A stretch of DNA of 64,000 bases from Sminthopsis crassicaudata (lineage: Eukaryota), in assembly GCF_048593235.1 (NCBI RefSeq), contig NC_133620.1, positions 292,469,765-292,533,764 on the forward strand, read 5' to 3'. The notes below the pieces were generated by a model. That model made no database searches, was not told the DNA's origin, and was given only the letters and a program-made list of their open reading frames with translations. Below are positions 16,235 to 26,201 of this stretch, one piece after another; the stretch's first letter is position 1; every line of letters begins with the position of its first letter. Both the position numbers and the translations under genes were made by a program.

Positions 16235-16570
16235 TGTCAGCAATAAACATACAATGCCAGAATCCAGTGGGCCCCAGTGAGCCAAGCACTCACAGGTAGA
16301 TTATACCTACCTATAGCAAGATGTTGAGATATCCAATCACAGACACAAAATCCCATACAGCACCTACACGTGTAAATCTTCTCTGAGGCTGTCCACCTTT
16401 CCTGATTTACTCTCAATCTCCCTTCTCTATATAAACTCTAGCCTCATTCTGTTAAAGGTGCTTCTCCACTTATGGAGCATTAACCTCATTAAACGCCTTT
16501 ACCCTCTGAACCTGAATTCTGAGAAAAAACCGAGACACTTCTGAACCCCAAATTTGATGATTATTTGACA
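16235..16570 (+). mobile_element. Solo LTR, 336 bp
   Basis: Termini TGTCA...TGACA form a perfect 5-bp inverted repeat; flanks tctgc/tctgg are a 5-bp TSD with 1 mismatch; internal CCAAT (about 16313), TATATAAA (about 16427) and ATTAAA (about 16489) lie in U3-R order. Confidence 0.75.
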
Positions 16571-17319
16571 TCTGGCACCACTAAGATCCCTTCCTTTCCA
16601 CTTTTTCATTATTTTCCTGAAGATTCTTGAAACTTTCTCATTCTTTTTTTCACTTTTTTCTGTCCCTGTAATTATTTGGCAGTTTAACATAGCATTGAAT
16701 AAGTAAATGTAGATCATTTTGTCATTTTTATTATATTGGCTTTGCCTATCCACAAATAATGCTTTCTGGTTATTTAGATATCTCTTTTGTCAGAGTTTTG
16801 TAATTTGTATTCTGTGTCCTGCAACTTTACTCGTTATATTCGCTGTTAGCACCCATTTTGCTTTGAGTTTTTACTTCCTTCCCAAAAAGTGTTCAGAATA
16901 TTTTGATAGATATGAGTCCTTTCTGCCTCTAATGTCCTTGGAACATTTCCCCGTGCCTGACAGCTCGCAGTCCTGGTGATATTGCTTTATCCACTTTCTT
17001 GGGTCTGAGATGAAACCTTTTTGACATTTAATTATCATTAATGGTAACATTGTTTTACACATTTGTGATTCTTCCCCACTGCTGCTGTGGGCATAAAACT
17101 TATCGATAGTTGTAAAGATTTCTCCTCCTCCTAAAAAAACCATATAGCTTCTCACTCAAGCGGTATTCATTTTGTTCCTACAAAGATGATTTATTTTGCC
17201 TTTTGCCATTTCATTCCCTAATCCATTCCTGTTTTTGCATTCTCCTCCTAACTAACAATAGTCTCATCTATTCTATTTCTCCTGAGTCAGCAGGGGGCAA
17301 GCCAGGGAAGACGGAGAAT

Positions 17320-17765
17320 GGGTAGTGTGGTCGCTGCTGACGCGGTGACTGGGCGTTTTCGTCCCCCTTCCCCCCCCACGCTGTCGCAGTCAGTGCGCGC
17401 CACACGGCGAGGTTACAGTTTAGACACTGCGCGAGAGCCGCAGGCCGTATCGGAGGTTAACCTTCGAATCTTAGAGTTTATGGCCAATCTCGGAGTGCCG
17501 TTGGAGGCGCGCGAGGCGGCCCCACCTCTACGGTCATCCGGAGCCAATGTAAAAGCGAGGCAGCGCAGCGGCCACTTCCCGAAGTGAAGACGAGAGCGCT
17601 TTTCCTGGATCTGTCCCAGAGCCACGCGGCAGGCTCGGCCAATCCTGGAGCGAATCACCCTTGAGAGATGGCAGAAGGAGCCAATCAGAGCGTCAGAGCT
17701 CGTGGTAGAGGAACAAATTGACTGCTTGTTAGTGTGGCGCGCGCGCGGACCCGAATCCTGTGAGT
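17320..17765 (+). promoter_or_regulatory. MDC1 CpG-island promoter and non-coding exon 1
   Basis: CpG-rich; CCAAT at 17484, 17544, 17639 and 17681; GCGCGC E2F-like motifs; consensus donor gtgagt at 17760. Confidence 0.7.
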
Positions 17766-18269
17766 TCGGAGGCTCTCCAACTACCCTTTTGACTGGACGC
17801 CATCTTGAACCCCTTCTCTTGAGGGAGGCAAAGAGGCCATTCGGGTGGGAAAGTCTAGGCGGGAGCTCTTTGGAGGTTTGCTTCCTGCGATTCCTGCCGC
17901 CCCTAGTCTAACGGGCTAACAGGTTCGAGGGCCCTGAGTCTCGTTGTAAGATCTCCGGAATCTTGATGGTTTGGGGCGCTCACTGGTCACGCAGTGGATT
18001 GGGGGTCTGGGTGATAGCAGCCCGCTAAAGTGGAGGAGGGGAGGCCTTAATTTTACTTTGATGTGCTCCTCGCTTAGTCTCCGGCCAGAGAGAGGGTGTG
18101 GCCCAGGTGGGTGGGTGAGACGGCCTAGGTCCCTCCCCTTCCGCCATTCTTCACCCTTACTCCCCCTGAGGGTAGGGGTCAACTCCAGCATCTTAAGAGT
18201 TTGGGTTGCTGGCTTGTTTTTTTCATTTTAAAGAGATGGACGTGATGTTATGTAATGGTCTTAGCTCAA

Positions 18270-18370
18270 GCCCCTTGTTTTTTGCAGATGAGGAAATTTA
18301 AGACCCAGAGAACTTTAGTGACTTGATCAAGGTCACACAGGTTGTAAGTAGCAGAGCCAGAATTGGGTTC
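18270..18370 (-). mobile_element. MIR remnant
   Basis: ttttgcagatgaggaaat...gtgacttgatcaaggtcacacag...agcagagcc. Confidence 0.7.
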
Positions 18371-18391
18371 CTTCATCCCATCCCCCATACA

Positions 18392-18392
<1 letters not shown>

Positions 18393-18438
<46 letters not shown>
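18393..18438 (+). repeat. (AC)23 microsatellite in MDC1 intron 1
   Basis: Perfect dinucleotide run. Confidence 0.97.
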
Positions 18439-18440
<2 letters not shown>

Positions 18441-18632
18441 GTCTCTTCTGTTACCTTGGCCTAGATCTCCGAATGAGGGAGTCCTTGGTCCGCACTGTTC
18501 CTATGTCTCAGATGTATTTTCCCAAATGCTTTATTACCCCTCTGCACTCCTCCTCCTCCTCTTCTCTCGCCGGATGCTTGTTCGCTCTGAGGTGGTAGCA
18601 TCTCTTTCCCTTTGTTTTCTCCATGATAGATA

Positions 18633-21600
18633 ATGGAGGACACTCAATTGCTGGACTGGGAGACTCAGGAGGAGGAGGAGACTGAGGATTCCAATGGCTC
18701 TCCGCCCCGGTTAGGTTTGGAGCCTGTGGGGCGGCTGCACCTGTTCAGCAGTGTTCGAGGCCCTGAGAAAGGTCAGAGGGTATTGGGTTTTAAAGGAAAA
18801 AGGGAGAGGTGGGCAGTGACACAGATGGGGGTGGAGTAGAGGGGGTCCCAGCGATTGATTTGTGGCAGGAGAGACAGTGAGAAAATACTTACTGGTTTGA
18901 CCTAACTCAAGATAATTCATAGCTAACTAACCCAGATAGATTTGGGGAATATTCCTTTTGTGATGACTTAGGAGATACACATAAAACCAATAAGGAGGAG
19001 GTAAATTAGATATGGCTCAGCAATGGCCTGTGCTTCCTAATGCTTCTGTCCCAATTACAACTTCCCTCCCATATATTGGGAATCCTTTATTGTTTCCTAA
19101 AGAAAATCCTATAGCTTCCCACCTCCCTTTTTTTTTTTTCCCCTAGAGAAAAAACAAATTCAATGATGAGGAAAACCAAAAAAGAAAATTCATTAAAGAT
19201 TAGGAATGGGGCAGATTCCTGGCTTTTGAATTAATACCTTATTGAATTTTCACTTCCAGATTTCCTGCTGTACCCTGGGGAGAATGTGGTTGGCCGAATA
19301 CCGGGCTGTGCTGTGGCTCTGCCTTTTCCATCTATTTCCAAACATCATGCAATAATTGAGATTCCAGCTCAAGGCAGGGCACCTATCCTTCGAGATTGTG
19401 GGAGCCTCAATCATACACGCCTTCTGAGACCTCCCAAGCTCCTAAGCCCTGGGGTGGGCCACCAATTGAGGGACCAAGACTTGGTACTCTTTGCTGACCT
19501 GCCATGCCAATATCACCGTTTGGGTGTCCCCCTACTTCCTGGCCCCCGGGGGGCTCTAAATGTGGAGGAGACACCCAGGGTTCCAGGGACAGGGGGACCC
19601 CAGTTCCAGGGGACCTTATTGGCTGAAGACTCAGAGGAAGAAGGAGGTAAAATTTGAGGTATCAGGATAGTGAAAGATAGGGAGAAGAGCCTGGAGAATA
19701 TGAAGTTACAAAGTTTATTCTTCTTCCTAGATTCTCCTTTGGATAGGAGTATAGAGGTACCTGTCACATATTCCCCTTCTGAAACTGTAGTACCAGAGAG
19801 GTGAGTATTGAGGAGCCAGATTGCCAAGTCTACCTGGGGAAGCTTAATGTCGAGAACCAAAGGTGTAATAGCTAGGCCCTTAATAGTTTTTAGTCAGAGT
19901 GGAAGGGGAAGAGAACTGGGAACTAGAGTTCTGGGTACCTGAGTCCTTTCTTGGGATCTGAATTCCAAGTTCTCTATTTTTCACTTTTTCATCAGTGATG
20001 TGGAAGGCGCTTCACCAGGCTCCAAGGGCCCTGCACTGCCTCTTACATTCATTCTGGATAGTGACACAGATGAAGAGGAGGATCCTCCCCCAATGGACCC
20101 TTCTTCAATTACCAGGAGAACTTCTGTTGTAGATAAGGAGTGGAGTAGGACTGGTGGAGAGAACCATCCCTCAGCTATGGGAAGAGATAGTGATACAGAT
20201 GTGGAAAGAGATGAGAACATCATGGCAATTCCATCTGGGGTACATGTGAAGGAGAGTTTGCCCCCTGACAGGGACAGTGATACGGATATTGATGATGACA
20301 GTCTCCAAAGGATCTCAGTTGTGACACCTTTAATTGGGACTCAACCTTCTTCCTTGGAAGAAAGTGGTACAGATCTGGAAGAGGAGGGTCTTTTAGTGAG
20401 ACCAGCTAAAGCACACTTGGAAATGGGCCAGCCTGATATGGGGGACAGTGATACAGATATAGAAGAAGACTTAATCCCAGCAACGACACTCGAAGTCCAT
20501 CAGGGCAAAGATCAGTTACTCAAAGGTGGGACAAACAATACAGATACAAAAGAGGAAGGGTCCCCAACAGAACTCCCCACTATACATCTGAACAAGGACC
20601 AACATTCCATTGATAGGACTGGGAGCAATGACACAGATGGGGAAGACAATGGATCTCTTCATATGAACAGCCAACTTCTAGCTGAAGAGAACAGAGTTGA
20701 AGGTACCCCAGTGATTGATCAACTGAAAAGGATCACTAAAAAAGTTGGGACCCGGGGGAGGATATCTATAACAAAAGTGGAGCATGGTCTGTCTCCCTTC
20801 CCAAGGGTTAGCTCAGTAGGCATAGTATTGGAAACAAGCATTCAAGAGAAGTCAGCCCAGGTACTTTTGGAAGGAACCCAGAATTACATAGAACGAGAGA
20901 GTAATCCAGATGTGGAAAGTACTGAAGATTTCCAGAGCAAGAGTGATGGTGAGTTTTAGTGTCACTTTCAATGCCCAGCCTTCTATAGAAAACTTCAAGG
21001 ATGAGTTCTGAGGCTAGTATCTTTTTTTTTAACTCCTCAGATAATTCAGACCTGGATTTACAAGATACTCAGTGCTTTGTAGAAGGAGGGAATCAGAACT
21101 GTGGAGGTGAGACCCACCCTGGAATCAGATACCTAGGTCCCTAATGGAAATAAAAGCTCTGTTACTGTGTCCCTCAATGGGAATAGGAGTAGGAATAAAA
21201 AGTGTCCCAGGATTAGAGTTGGGGCTGTAAGGCAGAAACCTAGATCCTGGGTAGATGTTATTTACTCTTTCCTTGTGTTATGAATAGTAAGCATTTGAAA
21301 GTGAAGTCCATGCAGATAGATTCCTGTTCAACCTTGGGTTTGGTCTACACTCAAAACCTTCAGTCCTCATGTATCTGAATCTCCCCAAATCTGCAAACGT
21401 TTCCCTACCCTAATTTGTCTCTGTTTTACTCAACAGTCTACAAAACTTGTCTACATTTTGATTTTATGATACCTCTGTTTGTTTCTCTCCCTTGATTTCT
21501 CCTAGATGGTCCAGATGAGCCTTGGGAAATCTTGGCTACACAGCCCTTCTGCTCGGAGCAGTCAGAGGCATCAGGAACTCTACCTACCAACTCTTATATT

Positions 21601-24600
21601 GTAGACCATAGAACTTGTCCCATACCACCTAAGATAGCCTCAGACCTAGAGCCAGACAGTGCAGAAAAAACAGAGCTCTCAATAAATCAAGACACAAATT
21701 TAAACACAGAAATCTCGGGACAAACTAAGGAGGGTGACATAGAGAGGCAGGTAATAGAAATAGACACACCTAGAATAACACCAGAGAGAAAAATGGAAAA
21801 GGAGACCTTTAAGAGAAAGACATTGGCAAATAAGGCAAAGAGATCAAAGAGAAAGAAAGTGAGTCCAGTTGTACAAACAGAAATACCAGAAAGAGGACAG
21901 AGATGTAAATCAGATAGAGGAATGCAGAATGTTATGACAGAGACAGGCATCAAAAGCTGTGGAGAAATAAAGGTACTAGATAAGGAAATGGAGAGGCAAA
22001 CCCCTGAGAAAGACATATCTGAGAAACAAGCGCCAGAAAGAAAAACCAAGAGTCCAGTGGTAGAAATGAAAGTGCCCAAAGAAATGCTGGAAAGAGAGGC
22101 AGAGGGACAGATGTCAGAAGACTATGATCAGGAGGTCCAGAATGCTACTCCAGTACCAAAATCTAAAGTTGGGGAAGGGAATCTGCAGAAATTATCCTTA
22201 AACCCCCAAATCTCCAATGACAGCAGACATCATAGAGGTGAGTGACAGAGGACATCTTTATTTCAGTCCCTAGAAAGATTACCAAATGCCCAGCCAAACT
22301 TATTTTCTCTATTTATCCAGGCCTCAGTGATGATAAAATTTTGCCTCTTGAGGAAGTGTCAATGGTAAGAGCTTTTCTTCTTTTCTCCCACCTCTTAATT
22401 GCTATTCAGTTCTACAAAATCTTTCTTCTGCCTTACTCTTAAGTTCTTGATGTTGATGCTCTGCATAATCTTTTTCCCTGCTCCAAATTACTTGTCATTT
22501 CTTTCACATTATTCTGTCCTCTTTTGTTCTACCCCATCTAATTTCCAGTTAGCTATTTAATTTTCACAGTGTCATTATTTACAACTGTATCTAAATTTGC
22601 CTTAGTGAACCAGGAGCTTTCTTCCTTTTGTTTCTCTCCTTGCCTTTCCTCATCCCCAGTACTGTTGTTTTGTAGAGCCTTTTGGTAGATATAGTGGAAG
22701 TGGAACACAAAAAGGTCCAGAAAAAGAAATGAATGACTAAAGTATGAGTTTACTACATGCAAAGATCTATGCTAAGCTAGAACTACAAATAAAAAAGACG
22801 GGTCCTGGTCCCAAGGAGCTCCCATTCTGATGGGAGAATATGGCATATATGGAAGGTTTCAGCTATAAGTGAGGTGGAAAGGTCTCATCAATATCGGGGT
22901 GCTGAGGCAAAGGCAGATAGATGGTAGTGCCTTGTTTCTAGTTTCATTTTTATTGATAGAATATTGGTTTCTGATGTTAAATCATTTGATACCAGATGAA
23001 GCATTGCTATTCCTAAGGTTCAAGAGTTCTATGGCTATCTCCATAAGCATTGAGGAGAGATGACAGAGTAGTGGTATTTTAATTTATCTGGCATATATTG
23101 CCTTCTAACTTGCCCTCAACGAGTGCCTTGTTGTTTCTGCTGGGCTGGCTTGTTTGTCCTGTGGATAATGCTACTTTGTAGTTGGTAAGGATGTCTAGCT
23201 CTATCCATTGAAGTTGACTTCCCAGTCTGGCTTATGAGGACTAGACATTGGAAGCTGGACCAATGATTTGGGGGTGCTGCTACACAAATGGTCAATAGTT
23301 TTTGCTGGTGGTAAGAAAGAAGATGGGATCTTCTGTGTAAATAATTTTTGGTAGTTCTTTTGAAGAATTTTCAGTTTGATGGGGAAAAGAATACAAAGGA
23401 GCAAATGCAAATTAATGTAATATAAACTTGAGTATATTAATCCTGTCCTTTGATCACTATCCAATTTGTCTGCAGGATGAACAGGATTTCTCAAATGTAC
23501 CTCTTGTAGCATCTAAAGTTGCAGTCCCTGAAGCCTCAGCCCCTTCTTCAACTCCCAGAATCACCAGGAGCCAGAATAGAAGAACATTCAAACCACCCCA
23601 TTCTTCGTCTCCAGCTTCCCAGGAATCACCTATTTTAGCAACACCACGAAGCAGGAGGCAGGGGATTCTCTTGGCCCCAAATACTGAACCTCCTCTTCTT
23701 GAAGATTCTAGAGACAAATCAGAGTCTTCTTTCCAGAGTCAGACACAGAAGCCTTTTAGTACCTCCTCTCCACTCTTGACCTCTGAGCTCCACCCTCCCA
23801 TCCCTGAAGAATTGCCTATAATCCCTGATCCCCATCCTCAGACTCGTCAAAACAGGAAACGGGGGACCACTGGAACTCGTAGTTCTACTTCAGTCATATC
23901 CTTCCCTGGGCACTCCCCTTCCATTCCAACAGAGAGATCTGAAACCCTTGTGCCCCCACCAAGGGCTCTCCGAAGTCAGAGAGCAGGGGTGGGAGAAAGT
24001 TCTGAGTCACTCACAGCCACGCCAGAGTCATCCTGTTCTCTGACACCTGAGGCATCTGTCCCTCGAGCTACCAGGAGCCGGAGGGTAGGAGCACTAGATA
24101 CCCTTGGCTCTACTCCAGAGGCCCAGCCCAAGCTCTCAGGCCGAAAGCGGCCTCCAACTACCAAGGAAACATCACCATTTTCCAAGCAACCTCGGAGAGG
24201 TCGATCCCAGAGACAATCTATCAAGGAAGAGGAAGATGAGAAGCCAGTGGAAGTTGAGGTAAGGAAAAGGGATGAGGATTAACTCAGGTAAGGTCATACT
24301 AAGAACTCATTGGGATTTATCTAAACCTCAGACTGCAGTGAAGACTCCTGTGAAGGTTGCAGAACTAGCAGTTCACACAAAGGAAATCATCAAGGGAATA
24401 CCTGGACGGATTTTGCGGCGAGCTAGACTTAATCGAGAACTAAGAGCTCCTAAGGTATGGAGAGGAATTGAGAGAAAAGTCAGGGTTTTAGAAGTGGTAA
24501 TAAAAAATTTTCATTAGATAAGTGAAAGAGGATGTTAAAAGGAATCAGTGGGGAGGTATAGGTTTTCTGGGGTTCAGTGAATGATGACTTTTTTCCCTAC

Positions 24601-25733
24601 AGGTGTTATTCACAGGTGTAGTAGATGCACGAGGAGAACAGGCTGTGCTGGCACTAGGTGGAACTCTGGCCAGTTCAGTGGCAGAAGCTTCACATTTGGT
24701 AACAGATCGAGTTAGACGTACAGTCAAATTCCTATGTGCCCTGGGCCGGGGAATACCTATTCTGTCTCTGGAATGGTTGCACCAGGTGAGAGAGTAGGAG
24801 GTATTTAGAACAATAATAAATACATATGGCCAAAGATTAAAATACTGAATGAAATTTTTGTACATAGATATAAATTGAAAAAATGGGGAGAACTGTTTCT
24901 AGGAAAATAAAAGGAAGAATTTGGGGGAAGGGTTAATGAGTAGACAGGTAGAAGAATCCTACAGAGGACTTGGCCTGACTCTCCCTACCTCTAGTCCCAA
25001 AAAGCTGGTCGATTCCTGGCACCTGATGAATTTGTGGTGAATGATCCTGAGCAGGAGAACAACTTTGGTTTCAGCCTTCGAGAGGCACTGAGTCGTGCTC
25101 AGGAGAGGGGCCTCCTGGAGGTGAGTGGGGCCCTGGTCTTAAATTTTCCCCCTAGATAATGTCCATCAACCTACCCTCAACCCACTGTCTTGTCCTGAAG
25201 GCCTTTCCTTAATCTCTGTAGAAGTCTTGTTTTCTTGTCCAATTCTCAGTTGGCCTCTTTTCTCCTCAGGGCTATGAGTTCTATGTGACCCCCGGAGTGC
25301 AGCCCCCACCCCCTCAAATGGGAGAGATAATCACATGCTGTGGGGGTACTGTGCTTTCTAGCATGCCTCGGGTCTATAAGGTATGATTTGAAATTAGGAA
25401 GGTAGTGGTTTGGAAATAGAGCTAGAGGGTGGAAGAATTGGAGAAGGGAAGATGTGATGGGAGCATATAGGGAGAAGTTTTTATGCTGGTAGTACCATAT
25501 GCTTCTATTCTGAATCCATCTCTTTCCATCTTTGTTCTTTTCTTTTTTGTTGTCTCTGTCCTTAGCCCCAGAGACTAGTGATTTCATGTCCCCAGGATCT
25601 CTCAAGATGCTCTGCTGCTGTTCGGGCTAAACTGCCCCTCCTTTCGCCAGAGTTCCTGCTCACTGGGGTGCTGAGGCAGGAAGCCCAGCTAGAAGCATTC
25701 CTCCTCTCCACCTCAGACCCTTTACCTTCTTAA
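18633..25733 (+). CDS. MDC1: Mediator of DNA damage checkpoint 1, 13 coding exons, 1294 aa
   Basis: Exons 18633-18771, 19260-19646, 19731-19800, 19996-20948, 21041-21106, 21506-22237, 22321-22364, 23476-24258, 24332-24454, 24603-24785, 24995-25120, 25270-25380, 25566-25733; phases consistent, total 3885 nt. MEDTQ N-terminus, FHA domain ([22 protein letters not shown]), SDTD repeats, TQCF and TQPF motifs, tandem BRCT ([12 protein letters not shown]...[14 protein letters not shown]...[15 protein letters not shown]). Confidence 0.95.
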
Positions 25734-25793
25734 TGCCCTTAAGAATCCTACCCACAATGTCCTGCTTACACTGTTTAAATACACAAACGGTAA

Positions 25794-25799
25794 AATAAA
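25794..25799 (+). terminator. MDC1 polyA signal AATAAA
   Basis: 60 nt after the stop codon and upstream of the NRM promoter. Confidence 0.7.
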
Positions 25800-26119
25800 C
25801 TATTTAGAAGAAAAATGTGTTTCATAAAAGATTGGCATGATGTAAAGAATTTTCAAGGTGGGAGAGGTGACAATAAGATTTTTGAAGCATCATGTGGGAT
25901 GTGGAAGGAAGAACCTTAATAGAATTCCTGGAGATCTTTGGAGAACCAAGCAATATATGAGGGAATATAGGTACCTAATTAAAAAACTAAAGAATTATGT
26001 TTTAGTTAAAAATGCTTAAGTCTTCTAACCCTTATTAAATGTTACCTAATTACTTTAGCCGACTGTGTTTATATTCGGAGCACATTAAAAACTCGAGTAT
26101 CTTTGTCATTGGTCTGGAG

Positions 26120-26201
26120 GTGTGGCCAGGGGCGGGGCTAATGAAGCGGGAATAAACGGGGCTCCTCCCCTTTCCCCAGTCCCACTCCCTACACCCCCGC
26201 C
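26120..26201 (+). promoter_or_regulatory. NRM proximal promoter/5' UTR with GC box
   Basis: ggggcggggc at about 26128-26137, directly upstream of gccATGG at 26202. Confidence 0.55.

Noticed and set aside
10739-16979. Numerous hydrophobic F/L/I-rich ORFs of 60-180 aa
   Set aside because: Translations of AT-rich L1/L2 remnants, not membrane proteins.
23050-23420. Coding-like segment in the MDC1 intron ([18 protein letters not shown]) as an extra exon or retrocopy
   Set aside because: Antisense, interrupted by stops and unassignable; probably an old RTE/ERV fragment.
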